Shown: positions 9,481-18,581, numbered from the stretch's first letter. The stretch: 64,000 nt of DNA from Telmatospirillum sp. (GCA_020248985.1 JADCGL010000020.1:132227-196226), one strand, 5' to 3'. Program-made: numbers and translations. Notes: generated by a model from the letters alone, not told the origin.

Positions 9481-9897
9481 TCACACGCCCGGGCGTTTGG
9501 CCGGCAAGAGTTCGACGCCGGCGATGCGGAAGCTGCCGTCTTGCTGGCGTGCCATGTAATAGAGGGCGACCGCCGACGTGCCGTCGAGCCCGTCGAATTC
9601 GACGATCTGCGCGATCACGTCGCCGTCCGTTTTCGCGTCGCCGAACGCGTAGCTGCGCGGCCGGTAGATCATCGCGTAGCCCTGGCGCACCATCGCCATG
9701 AAGCGCTCGGGGTTGCCGAACATGCTCTGGATGTTCGCGTCCGCGAACGCGAAGGCGGCGGCCCCGTCGTCGGCGCGGAAGGCTTGGATCTGGCGCTCGA
9801 TCGTGCTGCGAATTGCGGCTTGGTCGCCCGTCGATTGGGCATACGCCGGAAAAGCCAGCCACAGACCGACCAGAACGCTCAAAAAGCCTTTGCGCAT
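9481..9897 (-). CDS. DUF4864 domain secreted protein
   Basis: Signal peptide MRKGFLSVLVGLWLAFPAYAQ, and IQAFRADDGAAAF...YYMARQQDGSFRIAG matches DUF4864. Confidence 0.6.
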   Translation of the reverse strand: MRKGFLSVLVGLWLAFPAYAQSTGDQAAIRSTIERQIQAFRADDGAAAFAFADANIQSMFGNPERFMAMVRQGYAMIYRPRSYAFGDAKTDGDVIAQIVEFDGLDGTSAVALYYMARQQDGSFRIAGVELLPAKRPGV

Positions 9898-9973
9898 CGC
9901 CCGAACCCCCGATTAGAAAAGACGGCCCCGCCAAAAAAGATTTGTCCCTCCCTTCAGCAAAGGCAAGCCTCCC

Positions 9974-11581
9974 ATGCTCAGCACGCCGCGCGGCTATCGC
10001 GGAATGGTCACGGCCCCGCACCATCTGGCCAGCCAAGCCGGCCTCGAGGTGCTGCGCGAAGGCGGCAACGCGGTCGAAGCGATGATCGCGATGGCGGCGG
10101 CTATCCCGGTCGTCTATCCGCACATGAACGCGATCGGCGGCGACGGGTTCTGGTTGATCGACGCAGGCGACGGCCGGCCCGTGGCCGGCATCGATGCATG
10201 CGGGGCGGCCGCTTCGATACTGTCGCCCGCCTGGTACAAGCGCCAAGGCCACGAGACGATCCCGTCGCGCGGGCCCTTGGCGGCCAACACGGTTGCGGGC
10301 ACCGTGTCGGGCTGGGGGGCGGCCTACGAAATGGCCAAGACGCTGGGCGGCAAATTGCCGTTGAGCCGCCTCGTGGAACCCGGCGCCTATTACGCCGAAA
10401 ACGGCTATCCCACGACCGCGAGCCAGACGCGGTTCACGGCCGAAAAGCGCGCCGAATGCGAAAGCGCCCCCGGCTTCAAGAAAGCGTTTCTGCCCGGCGG
10501 CAAAGTGCCGCAGCCGGGCAGCCGCTTCGTGCAGAGTGCGTTGGCCGCCACGTTGCGGCGCATCGGTGCGGAAGGGACCGAGAGCTTCTATCGCGGCAAA
10601 CTCGCCGAGGCGATCGCGGGCGATCTGAAGCGCGCCGGTTCGCCCGTCACGATCGACGACTACAAGCGCCACAAGGCCAAGATCGTGACCCCGCTCACGG
10701 TGAACGTGCCCGGTGCGCGGCTCTACAACATGACGCCGCCCACGCAAGGTTTGGCGTCGCTGCTGATCCTCGCCTTGTTTTCGCGCTTCAAGCCGACGCG
10801 CGCCGACGGGCCCGAATTCGTGCATGCGCTCGTCGAAGCGACGAAGCTGGCCTTCCGCGTGCGCGACAAGCACGTGAAGGATCCGGCCTATATGGCGCAG
10901 GAAGCGCAAAGCCTGCTGGCCGACGCGCGCGTGGCGAAGCTTGCGGCGCAGTTCGATCCGCATTTGGCGGCCCCCTGGCCGCAAGCGCCGCAGAAGGGCG
11001 ACACGATTTGGATGGGGGCCATCGACGCCCAGGGGCGCATGGCGAGCTTCATCCAATCGATCTACTGGGAATTCGGCTCGGCCGTGGTCGGCGACGAGAC
11101 CGGCATTCTGTTCCAGAATCGCGGCACCTCGTTCAGCCTCGAGAAGGGAGCACCCCAGGAACTCGCGGCGGGCCGCAAGCCCTTCCACACGCTCAATCCG
11201 GCGATGGCGCATTTCGACGACGGCCGCACGATGGTCTACGGCACGATGGGCGGCGACGGCCAGCCGCAGACGCAAGCCGCGATCTTTTCGCGCTATGCCT
11301 GGTACGGCCACACGCCGCAAGAAGCGATCTCGGCCCCGCGCTGGCTGTTGGGCCGCACCTGGGGCACGGCGACGACGAAGTTGCGCCTGGAAAGCCGCTT
11401 CGCGCCGGGCATCGTCGCGGCCTTGAAGGGCATGGGCCACGATCTCGAAACGCTGGCCGACTACACGGACCTCATGGGCCATGCCGGCATGGTGGTGCGC
11501 ACGCCGGCGGGCGACGGCGGTTCGGCGTTGCTCGAAGGCGGCACCGACCCGCGCAGCGACGGCCAGGTCGGGGCGTTCTAG
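9974..11581 (+). CDS. gamma-glutamyltransferase family protein, cytoplasmic (no signal peptide)
   Basis: 535 aa with a GGT-like fold and the Thr nucleophile region (GDTIWMGAIDAQGRMASFIQSIYWEFGSAVV). It is a second GGT paralogue in the window. Confidence 0.8.
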   Translation: MLSTPRGYRGMVTAPHHLASQAGLEVLREGGNAVEAMIAMAAAIPVVYPHMNAIGGDGFWLIDAGDGRPVAGIDACGAAASILSPAWYKRQGHETIPSRGPLAANTVAGTVSGWGAAYEMAKTLGGKLPLSRLVEPGAYYAENGYPTTASQTRFTAEKRAECESAPGFKKAFLPGGKVPQPGSRFVQSALAATLRRIGAEGTESFYRGKLAEAIAGDLKRAGSPVTIDDYKRHKAKIVTPLTVNVPGARLYNMTPPTQGLASLLILALFSRFKPTRADGPEFVHALVEATKLAFRVRDKHVKDPAYMAQEAQSLLADARVAKLAAQFDPHLAAPWPQAPQKGDTIWMGAIDAQGRMASFIQSIYWEFGSAVVGDETGILFQNRGTSFSLEKGAPQELAAGRKPFHTLNPAMAHFDDGRTMVYGTMGGDGQPQTQAAIFSRYAWYGHTPQEAISAPRWLLGRTWGTATTKLRLESRFAPGIVAALKGMGHDLETLADYTDLMGHAGMVVRTPAGDGGSALLEGGTDPRSDGQVGAF

Positions 11582-11616
11582 CTGGCCGGGTTTCGACGCG
11601 CGACGGCGTTGCCCGA

Positions 11617-11655
11617 AACAAAAAACCCCGGTCCTATTTCAGGGCCGGGGTTTTT
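11617..11655. terminator. bidirectional rho-independent terminator between convergent genes
   Basis: aacaaaaaa-CCCCGGTCC-tatttca-GGGCCGGGG-ttttt. A GC stem with an A-run 5' and a T-run 3' serves both strands. Confidence 0.65.
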
Positions 11656-11686
11656 CGCGGGCGTTTCTGAAACCGCGCCGGAAGCT

Positions 11687-12913
11687 TCAGCGCACGTAGA
11701 GATGCACTTCGTTGTTCTGCGCTTGCGACGACGTCGTCGAGGACAGCGTCATGCGCTGGGCGGGCAGGCCCATATTGCCGAGGCTGCGCATCACGCTTTC
11801 CGCCTGGCGACGCGCCGAGGTTGCGGCAAGGGCCGCTTGGCTTTGGCCGCCGCGCGTGGGGGCGACGGCCACGAGATCGAAATTCGCGGTTGGGCTGCGC
11901 TCGAGCGCGCGGCTCACGGCCGTGTAGAGCGCCTGCTCGTAGGACGGGTTGGCGCGGTCGAAGCGGATCACCACCAGCGGGCGGCGGCCGGCGGCGGCCG
12001 TCGCCGGGTTGGCTGCCTGCGGCTGCGCGCCGGGCGCCACGCCCAGAATAGCGGGGCTGCCGTCGGCCGGCGCCACGTTCGTGAAGGCGCGGTTGTTGAG
12101 GCCCGAGCCGAACAATTCGCCGTTGCGGATGGCAAGCGACAGGGCCGAAAGGTTCGAGCGCTCGCGGCTGGCGTAGGTCGACTGGCGGTTGATGTCTTCG
12201 TTGAGCTCGTTGAGCAGCCGGTCGATCGACACGACCGTGCGGTTCACCTCGTCTTCGACCTGCGCGAGCTGGCGGTGGTCGTCTTCGACCGCCCCGTTCA
12301 GCGAATAGGCCGCGCGCGTCGAGTCGAGCAGGAAGGCCGCCATGGCGGCGTCGCTGGCGGCCTGGCTCGAAAGCTGCGCCAAACGGCCGATTTCGGCCGA
12401 CAGGCGGTCGAGCTCGGCCGCCGCTTGCGTCCATTGCGCCTGCAGGATCGGGTTGCCGGGCGTGGTGCCCACTTGCAGGCGCGTATTGATGCCGGCCACG
12501 AGCGTGAAATAGCGCTGGGCCGTGGCGACCGTGTCGGCGCGCATCTGCTGGATGGACCCCGAACGCGTCTGCACGGCCCCCTGGAGATTCTGCAGCTCCG
12601 TGCGCATCGCTTGCGCGCGAATGCCGACGGCCGTCTGCTGGCCGCCGGGCAGGCGGCCCGTGTCGGGCGCGTCGATGGCGCCGGTGGCGCGCGACGGCAC
12701 GACGACGGTGGTGCCGGGCATCGGCGCGCTTTGCGCCTGGCGCTCGGCGGACGAGGCGGGGATTTCCTGGCGCACGGCCGAGGATTGCGGCGAAGCGCTC
12801 GGGCCCGACAGCGACGGCCACAAAGCTTCCGAAACCATGTTGCAGCCCGACAGCGGCACGCCCAGGGCCAGCAACAAGGCAGTTTTGCGGAGATGGGCGA
12901 ACCGATCGGTCAT
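11687..12913 (-). CDS. lipoprotein with long coiled-coil region
   Basis: Internal ATG 12913 gives MTDRFAHLRKTALLLALGVPLSGCNMV with an LSGC lipobox. The central region has heptad-like Q/A/L-rich repeats. The C-terminus (RRQAESVMRSLGNMGLPAQRMTL...EVHLYVR) loosely resembles an OmpA-like peptidoglycan-binding tail. The ORF track extends it upstream as an artefact. Confidence 0.6.
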   Translation of the reverse strand: MTDRFAHLRKTALLLALGVPLSGCNMVSEALWPSLSGPSASPQSSAVRQEIPASSAERQAQSAPMPGTTVVVPSRATGAIDAPDTGRLPGGQQTAVGIRAQAMRTELQNLQGAVQTRSGSIQQMRADTVATAQRYFTLVAGINTRLQVGTTPGNPILQAQWTQAAAELDRLSAEIGRLAQLSSQAASDAAMAAFLLDSTRAAYSLNGAVEDDHRQLAQVEDEVNRTVVSIDRLLNELNEDINRQSTYASRERSNLSALSLAIRNGELFGSGLNNRAFTNVAPADGSPAILGVAPGAQPQAANPATAAAGRRPLVVIRFDRANPSYEQALYTAVSRALERSPTANFDLVAVAPTRGGQSQAALAATSARRQAESVMRSLGNMGLPAQRMTLSSTTSSQAQNNEVHLYVR

Positions 12914-13219
12914 TGTGCAAGCTCGTTCAAAAAGAAAGGTGCTGGACAAAAGGCGGTGCGGGCTTGGCTCGTGGCGGCGACACGACAACGCTAGCGCAAA
13001 CATCGCCGCTGCCGTGAAACTTTTGTGCGTGTCCGAAGGCAAGCGACCGATGGGCCGTTCAACCCCAGAACCCGAAGGCGGCGGATCGTAACCAACACGA
13101 CGCATCGGCGCAACGCCGATTTTATCCCGGTTTTCCACAGCCTTATGGCGGCTTGAATGAGCCTTCCAAGATTCGATTTGCGACGCAAACAGCACTTTGC
13201 TGCGGGGTCGGATTTGCGC

Positions 13220-13248
13220 TTGCACGGGCCGGACGGTTCGACTAGTGT
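13220..13248 (+). promoter_or_regulatory. putative sigma70-type promoter for tRNA-Arg
   Basis: TTGCAC-N17-TAGTGT lies about 45 nt upstream of the tRNA 5' end. Confidence 0.3.
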
Positions 13249-13291
13249 CCGCGACCGTTTCCCCCAGGTATCGGGTGTGAAACGCCTCCGC

Positions 13292-13368
13292 GCGGCCGTA
13301 GCTCAACTGGATAGAGCATCAGACTACGAATCTGGAGGTTAGGGGTTCGAATCCCTTCGGCCGCGCCA
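13292..13368 (+). tRNA. tRNA-Arg (anticodon ACG)
   Basis: GCGGCCGTAGCTCAACTGGATAGAGCATCAGACTACGAATCTGGAGGTTAGGGGTTCGAATCCCTTCGGCCGCGCCA. The 7-bp acceptor stem pairs, the D arm is GCTC/GAGC, the anticodon loop is CTACGAA, the T-loop is TTCGAAT, and CCA is encoded. Confidence 0.9.
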
Positions 13369-13402
13369 TTTTCCTTCGAACGAAGTTTTCAACGCCGCGC
13401 TT

Positions 13403-13900
13403 TCACCGATGGCGGCGATGGCCGCCGAATCCGTAGCCGAAACCGAAGGACGGTCCGGGCGGGTAGGGGCGCCAGCCATAGGGCTCGTAGTAATAGGGCC
13501 GCGGGCGGTAATAGGGTTCGGGATAGACATAGACCACGCGCGGCTGCGGCTGCGCGGCGATCACGATCGGCGCTTCTTGCGGCCTTGCACGCTGTTCGAC
13601 CGGCTGCGGTTCCTGTTGGGCAAGTTTCCATGTGCCGTCCGGCTGGCGGCAGGCGGTGCCGTAGGCCTGCTGCTGCGTGCCGCCGATCGTCACGGTTTTG
13701 GTGAATTCGCGGCATACGGTGCCGCCGCTGGCGAAGGCCGGTTTGGGCACGATCGTTTCGACCGTGCCGCTGTCCGGGTTCTGCCATTGCGTGACCGTGC
13801 CCGAGCGCGTCGTCTCGAGGGCCGCCTGTCCGGGACCGTCGAGAATCTGCGCTGCCGCACAGGCCGGCAGCAGGCCGACGAGGCCGACGACGCGCAGCAT
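13403..13900 (-). CDS. secreted protein with Pro/Tyr-rich C-terminal repeats
   Basis: Signal peptide MLRVVGLVGLLPACAAAQ. A Cys pair flanks a Gly-rich segment (TVCREF...YGTACRQPDGTW). The C-terminus reads VVYVYPEPYYRPRPYYYEPYGWRPYPPGPSFGFGYGFGG. Confidence 0.6.
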   Translation of the reverse strand: MLRVVGLVGLLPACAAAQILDGPGQAALETTRSGTVTQWQNPDSGTVETIVPKPAFASGGTVCREFTKTVTIGGTQQQAYGTACRQPDGTWKLAQQEPQPVEQRARPQEAPIVIAAQPQPRVVYVYPEPYYRPRPYYYEPYGWRPYPPGPSFGFGYGFGGHRRHR

Positions 13901-13962
13901 TTGAGGCAAGGTGCGCAACGGTCCCTCCGCGAAAAAGCCCCGCACCGATGGGCGGGTACCGA

Positions 13963-14754
13963 TCAAACGCTTTGCAGGCCGATCTTGTTCCCGGCTTTTT
14001 GCGCCTCGGTGTGAGGCCGCCACGCGAGGGTGCGGCGTTCGATTTCGCGCACCGCCTCGTGGAAGGCCCAGCCGAGCAGCGACAGCAGCAGCACGATGCC
14101 GATCACGGAAGCCGTGTCGCTGCTTTCCTGTGCCGCCGACAGCAAATAGCCAAGGCCTTTGCTGGCCCCCATGAGCTCGCCGACGACGGCCGCGGTCACC
14201 GCCTGAGTGGTGGCGATGCGCAAGCCGCCGAGGATGGCCGGCAGCGCCACGCGCAGATCGATCAAAACGGCGCGCTGGAACGCCGTGAGAGCCAGGATCT
14301 GCGCCAAATCGCGGAAGCCGCGTGCGGCATGCCGCGCACCGGCATAGGCCCCCGCCATTGCCGGGAAGAACGCGACGATGGCGACCAGCAGCGCCTTCGG
14401 CCCCATGCCGAGGCCGAACCACAAAATCAGCAGGGGCGCGATCGCGATTTTGGGCGCGGTTTGGATCAGCAGCACCAAGGGCGCTGCCAAACGCTCGAGC
14501 AGCGGATGGCGCGCGAAGACGAGGCCCGCGGCAATGCCGACCGCGCCGCCGGTCGCAAAGCCGACGGCGATTTCGCCCAAGGTCGTCGCCGTATGGCCGG
14601 CAAGGTCGGCGTAGGTCGCGAGAAACACGAGGCGATTCAAAACCGCGTCGGGGGCGGGCAGCAGGAAGGCCGGCACGGCAAACAGCCGCACCAACCCCCA
14701 CCACACCGCAAGGAAGCCCGCAAACGCCAGCAGATTGCGGGCGACCTTGCGCAA
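13963..14754 (-). CDS. ABC transporter permease (NitT/TauT family), second permease
   Basis: Carries the EAA-like region LLIQTAPKIAIAPLLILWFGLGMGPKA. The start is assigned to TTG 14754, 1 nt after the substrate-binding-protein gene stop. No in-frame ATG/GTG lies nearby, so the start is uncertain. Confidence 0.7.
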   Translation of the reverse strand: MRKVARNLLAFAGFLAVWWGLVRLFAVPAFLLPAPDAVLNRLVFLATYADLAGHTATTLGEIAVGFATGGAVGIAAGLVFARHPLLERLAAPLVLLIQTAPKIAIAPLLILWFGLGMGPKALLVAIVAFFPAMAGAYAGARHAARGFRDLAQILALTAFQRAVLIDLRVALPAILGGLRIATTQAVTAAVVGELMGASKGLGYLLSAAQESSDTASVIGIVLLLSLLGWAFHEAVREIERRTLAWRPHTEAQKAGNKIGLQSV

Positions 14755-14756
14755 CG

Positions 14757-15752
14757 TCAGACGCCGATCGCGCGCGGCTGCACGACCATCTCGGCCGCCG
14801 GGAAGCCGCGCTCGATGGCTTTGTATTCGGCCAGGACGTCGATGTTCTTCTGCCAGGCCGCAAGGTCGGCGGCACCCAGGCCGTTGGCTTTGGTCGTCGG
14901 GCTTTGCCAGACCGACGCGATGAACGTGTCGCGGAAGGCGCGCTCGAGGATCGCTTCCTGGCCCTTCCAGGTCGGCGCGTGTTTGTCGATGGCGATCTGC
15001 AGCGCTTCGGCGACGTTGCCGGCGATGACCCACTCGAAGCTTTCGGTGATCGCGTCGTTGAAGCGGCGCACGGTTGCGGCGCTCGTGGCCAAGGTCCGGT
15101 CGCCGGTGACAACGACATTGCCGAACGAGGGCAGAAAATCGTTCGACAGGATCATGTGCGTGGGGAAACCGTCGGCCTCGAGATTGTATTTGCGCAGCTC
15201 CGAGAACACGATCGCGTCGACCTGGCCCGCCTGCAGCGACTGCACGATCGCGCCCGTGGCGACGATCTCGAGCTTCACGTCGTCGAGCGCGAGGCGCGCT
15301 TGTTTGAGGCCCACCTGCAGCTGCAGATAGTTGGGGCTGCCGAGAGCCGTGATCGCCACGCGCTTGCCCTTGAGATCGGCATAGCTGCGAATGCCGCTGG
15401 TGCTGCGCGTGAGCAAGGCGCCGATGCCGCGCTGGTAGGTCGTGTGCACGACCTTGACCGGCAGGCCGTTGGCGCGCGCCGCGATCACGGAATCGCCGTT
15501 CGGAAAGCCGAAGCCGACATTGCCGCTCGCGACATTGCGCAGAATGTCGGACGCCGCCGCATAGACGATCTGCACGTCGAGCCCGCGGCTGCGGAAGAAG
15601 CCTTTTTCGAGCCCGGCATAGATCGGCGCGTAGAACGGCACGGCCGCCCCGTCGATCTGCAGGCTCACGGCCTGCGGGCTTTGGGCGCGCAGCACGTTCG
15701 GTGCGGCGAGCGCGGCCGCACCGGCGGCCAAAAACAGGCGACGTTCGATCAT
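14757..15752 (-). CDS. ABC transporter substrate-binding protein, NMT1/THI5-like (NitT/TauT family)
   Basis: 331 aa with a signal peptide (MIERRLFLAAGAAALAAPNVLRAQS) and the periplasmic binding fold of the sulfonate/nitrate/HMP-binding family. Confidence 0.82.
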   Translation of the reverse strand: MIERRLFLAAGAAALAAPNVLRAQSPQAVSLQIDGAAVPFYAPIYAGLEKGFFRSRGLDVQIVYAAASDILRNVASGNVGFGFPNGDSVIAARANGLPVKVVHTTYQRGIGALLTRSTSGIRSYADLKGKRVAITALGSPNYLQLQVGLKQARLALDDVKLEIVATGAIVQSLQAGQVDAIVFSELRKYNLEADGFPTHMILSNDFLPSFGNVVVTGDRTLATSAATVRRFNDAITESFEWVIAGNVAEALQIAIDKHAPTWKGQEAILERAFRDTFIASVWQSPTTKANGLGAADLAAWQKNIDVLAEYKAIERGFPAAEMVVQPRAIGV

Positions 15753-15764
15753 GGTTGTTTCTCC

Positions 15765-16538
15765 TTATCGCAAAAAGGGTTCCAGCAAGGCAGCCGCCGC
15801 AACGCCCACGCGCACGACGGATGTTTGGGCGGGTTCGTAGTCTTCGAGCCAAGTGTCGGTCACGCGGTCGCCGTGCACGGCGAGGACGGCGCCCACCTGC
15901 AGGCCAAGGGCAGGCCCGACCGTAAACAGCGTTTCGGTTTCCATGTCGCAGCCGAGCGCTCCGGCGGCGACGAAGGCGGGGATCGGATCGGCGACGACCG
16001 GCCCGTCTTGCGCGATCGGGCGGCCTTGGCCGCGATAATAGCTGTCGGTCGTGGCGACGGTGCCGCGGCGGCAATCGAGCTTGAGATCGCGCGCGGCCGC
16101 TTCGAGTGCCGCCACGACGGCCGGTGTCGCGACTGCGGGGCCGCTGCGATAGAGGCCGCCCGCACCGGTGCCGCCGATCGCCGCATCGACGGCGAGCAGG
16201 CTGCCGAGCTTCAGGCCCGGGGCGATCGCACCCATGCCGCCGATGCGGATCACGGCGCGCGCACCGAGATTGGCGAGTTCGACGAGCGCGATCTCGGTCG
16301 AGGGGCCGCCGATGCCGCTCGAGCAGATCGTGACGGGCCCGCTCGGCGTCTCGACTGTGGCGACGCGGAATTCGCGGCGCTGGCCGAAATCGCGCCCGCC
16401 GCCATAGAGGGCGGCCGCAAGCGAAACGCGAGCGGGGTCGCCCGGCAGCAGCACGACGGGGGCGATGTCGCCGGGCCCGCACGGCAGATGCGGCGGCCGG
16501 CCGTTTTGCCACGGGAAGGCGGCGGTGCGCGCTTTCAT
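15765..16538 (-). CDS. nucleoside phosphorylase, PNP/UDP family 1 (DeoD/Udp-like)
   Basis: VVLLPGDPARV matches the VLMPGDPLRA phosphate-binding motif. VIRIGGMGAI matches IRVG-CGAI. TTDSYY and CDMETETLF match SSDLFY and EMEAAAL. The ATGA overlap at 16535-16538 couples it to the permease upstream. Confidence 0.78.
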   Translation of the reverse strand: MKARTAAFPWQNGRPPHLPCGPGDIAPVVLLPGDPARVSLAAALYGGGRDFGQRREFRVATVETPSGPVTICSSGIGGPSTEIALVELANLGARAVIRIGGMGAIAPGLKLGSLLAVDAAIGGTGAGGLYRSGPAVATPAVVAALEAAARDLKLDCRRGTVATTDSYYRGQGRPIAQDGPVVADPIPAFVAAGALGCDMETETLFTVGPALGLQVGAVLAVHGDRVTDTWLEDYEPAQTSVVRVGVAAAALLEPFLR

Positions 16539-17299
16539 GATGCTCCGCTCCAGCGGATCAAGCGCCGCTCGGCCGCGGCAAGGGCAAGATGCAGCGCCAA
16601 GCCCAGCATCACGGTGAGGGCGACGGCCGCGAACAAGAGCGGCGTGCGGTAGGTCGCACTGGCAAAGGTCATCAGATAGCCGAGGCCGAATTTGCCGGAC
16701 ATCCATTCGCCGAGGACAGCCCCGACGACCGCCTGCACGGCCGCGATGCGGAAGCCCACGAAGATATCCGGCAAGGCCGCCGGCAAGTCGATGCGCCAGA
16801 GTTTTTGCGCAGGGCTGAGATCGAGGATGCGCGCCAAATCGCGCAAGGCCGGATCGAGGCCGCGCAACCCGACCAAGGTCGCGACCAGAACCGGAAACGC
16901 GGTCAACGACACGATGAGTGCCACTTTGGACGCAGCCCCGAGCCCGAACCAAATCACAAACAGCGGCGCGAGAGCGATTTTCGGCGCGGTCTGAAGGATC
17001 AAGATCGGCCCTTCGAGCCAGCGTTCGAGCCGTACGGAGCGCGCAAGGGCGGCACCCGCGGCAAGCCCGAGTGCCGTGCCGAGGGCGAGCCCCGCCGCGA
17101 TGTTGCCGAGCGTGTGCGCCAGATGCAGCCAGAGCGCGCCGCTCGCCGCAAGGTTTGCGATCGCATCGCCGACGGCGGCAGGTGCAGGCAGCAAATAGGC
17201 CGGAACCTGGGCGGCCACGACGTAGACCTGCCACGCAACCAACACGGCACCGAGGCCGAGCGCATGGTCGACGAGCGGAGGCAGCGTCCTGGCGGTCAT
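16535..17299 (-). CDS. ABC transporter permease (NitT/TauT family)
   Basis: [19 protein letters not shown]... with the EAA-like ILQTAPKIALAPLFVIWFGLGAASK. An ATGA overlap couples it to the ATPase stop. Confidence 0.85.
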   Translation of the reverse strand: MTARTLPPLVDHALGLGAVLVAWQVYVVAAQVPAYLLPAPAAVGDAIANLAASGALWLHLAHTLGNIAAGLALGTALGLAAGAALARSVRLERWLEGPILILQTAPKIALAPLFVIWFGLGAASKVALIVSLTAFPVLVATLVGLRGLDPALRDLARILDLSPAQKLWRIDLPAALPDIFVGFRIAAVQAVVGAVLGEWMSGKFGLGYLMTFASATYRTPLLFAAVALTVMLGLALHLALAAAERRLIRWSGAS

Positions 17300-18081
17300 C
17301 GCAGATCCTTGCGGAATTGCGCCATCAGCGCGTGGAAGCGCGGATCGAGCTTGGTTGCCTCGCCGCGCGGCCGCGCAAGATCGACCGTGTGGATGGCTTT
17401 CACAATGCCGGGCCGCGGCGACATCACCGCAACGCGATCGGACAGATACGCCGCTTCTTCGACCGAGTGGGTTACGAACACCACGGTCTTGCGCGTCTCT
17501 TCCCAGATGCGCAGCAATTCGTCGTTGAGGCGGTCGCGGGTGAGCAGATCGAGCGCCCCGAAGGGTTCGTCCATCAGCAAGATCGGCGGATCGTAGGACA
17601 GAGCCCGCGCGATCGAGGCGCGCTGGCGCATGCCGCCTGACAATTGATGCGGCAGCGCATCGGCGAAGCCGGCAAGCCCGACAAGATCGAGCAGATGGTG
17701 CGCGCGCGCATCCGCTTCGGCGCGGTCGGTGCCGGCGGTGTCGAGCGGAAAGCGGATGTTGGCGAGTGTGCTGAGCCAGGGCAGCAGCACAGGGTCCTGG
17801 AATACGAAACCGATGCGCCGGCGGGCGCTCTCGCGGAATTCTTCGGCAAGTGCGATGCGCCCGCTGCTCGGCGCATCGAGGCCTGCAATAAGGCGCAGCA
17901 AGGTCGATTTGCCGCAGCCCGAGGGGCCCACGATCGACAGAAATTCGCCGCGCGCGACCGTGAGGCTGACGGGTGCCAAAGCGTCGATCGTTTCGCCCGA
18001 CGGCCCGGCAAAGCGCTTGGCGACCTGATCGATCGAAATCATCGGCGCGCGGGCGGCCAGTTGCGTCTCCATGGCCGCCAT
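17296..18081 (-). CDS. ABC transporter ATP-binding protein (NitT/TauT family)
   Basis: Walker [10 protein letters not shown], signature [15 protein letters not shown], Walker [16 protein letters not shown] 18081 is chosen as start because of the conserved upstream 17-mer. Other in-frame candidates are 18108, 18072 and 18042. Confidence 0.85.
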   Translation of the reverse strand: MAAMETQLAARAPMISIDQVAKRFAGPSGETIDALAPVSLTVARGEFLSIVGPSGCGKSTLLRLIAGLDAPSSGRIALAEEFRESARRRIGFVFQDPVLLPWLSTLANIRFPLDTAGTDRAEADARAHHLLDLVGLAGFADALPHQLSGGMRQRASIARALSYDPPILLMDEPFGALDLLTRDRLNDELLRIWEETRKTVVFVTHSVEEAAYLSDRVAVMSPRPGIVKAIHTVDLARPRGEATKLDPRFHALMAQFRKDLR

Positions 18082-18087
18082 CTTTGC

Positions 18088-18104
18088 TTTGTTCCAAAAC
18101 AATA
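18088..18104 (-). repeat. 17-nt motif TATTGTTTTGGAACAAA (mRNA sense), copy A, 6 nt upstream of the ATPase ATG
   Basis: Identical to copy B at about 39424-39440 (plus strand TTTGTTCCAAAACAATA). It contains the inverted half-sites TTGTT/AACAA with a 4-nt spacer. Confidence 0.6.
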
Positions 18105-18251
18105 ACAAGAAGCGGGCGCCCCAATCCCACCGTCGGCCTCGTCGCCGGGGCGATCCCTTGCCAGATTCCTAAAATTTGTGGTATTTAAAAAACATTGGGC
18201 GAGAAACGCCTGGAATTCATGTTTCGCAACGATATGCGGAGGCCTTCGAGA

Positions 18252-18458
18252 ATGTCGGGTCTTGGAGCAGTGGGCAACGGAGTCGGGGCCGGTTCGTCCG
18301 GTACGGCCAAATTCGATCTCGCCTATCAGGTCGGCGCGTTTGTCGCCGCCTTCAACAATCAGCAATGGACGCCGCAGAGCTTCTTCGACGGTCCGCGCGT
18401 CAATGCGCCCGACCTCGTCGTGTTCGGCCAGGGCAAGACCTACGACTTCTTCGCCTGA
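18252..18458 (+). CDS. orphan small protein (68 aa), Gly-rich N-terminus
   Basis: GGAGG lies 9 nt before ATG 18252 and is preceded by an AT-rich tract (cctaaaatttgtggtatttaaaaaacatt). Product MSGLGAVGNGVGAGSSGTAKFDLAYQVGAFVAAFNNQQWTPQSFFDGPRVNAPDLVVFGQGKTYDFFA. No family is recognised. Confidence 0.5.
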   Translation: MSGLGAVGNGVGAGSSGTAKFDLAYQVGAFVAAFNNQQWTPQSFFDGPRVNAPDLVVFGQGKTYDFFA

Positions 18459-18581
18459 CGGCGAGGGGCGAAAAATTCCACAATGATGCCGCAATTGCGC
18501 GCGGAATAGCCGGCCGGTCTCGCGCTTTGTCTTGGCGACGACGGTATCGTGCCGTCGCCCGACAGAAAGCGGAGACATCCC

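Noticed and set aside
13403-16512. Long minus ORFs (571 aa and 849 aa) across the ABC transporter region
   Set aside because: Frame read-through artefacts. Only their C-terminal segments (13403..13900 secreted protein, 13963..14754 permease) are real. The upstream parts overlap the substrate-binding-protein and phosphorylase genes in other frames.
18088-18104. Reading the 17-mer motif as a sigma54 promoter (TGGAAC-N5-AAAG) or an Fnr/CRP site
   Set aside because: It lacks the GC of the -12 element (TTGC) required for sigma54. Its half-sites are TTGTT/AACAA rather than TTGAT/ATCAA or TGTGA/TCACA, so no known class fits.
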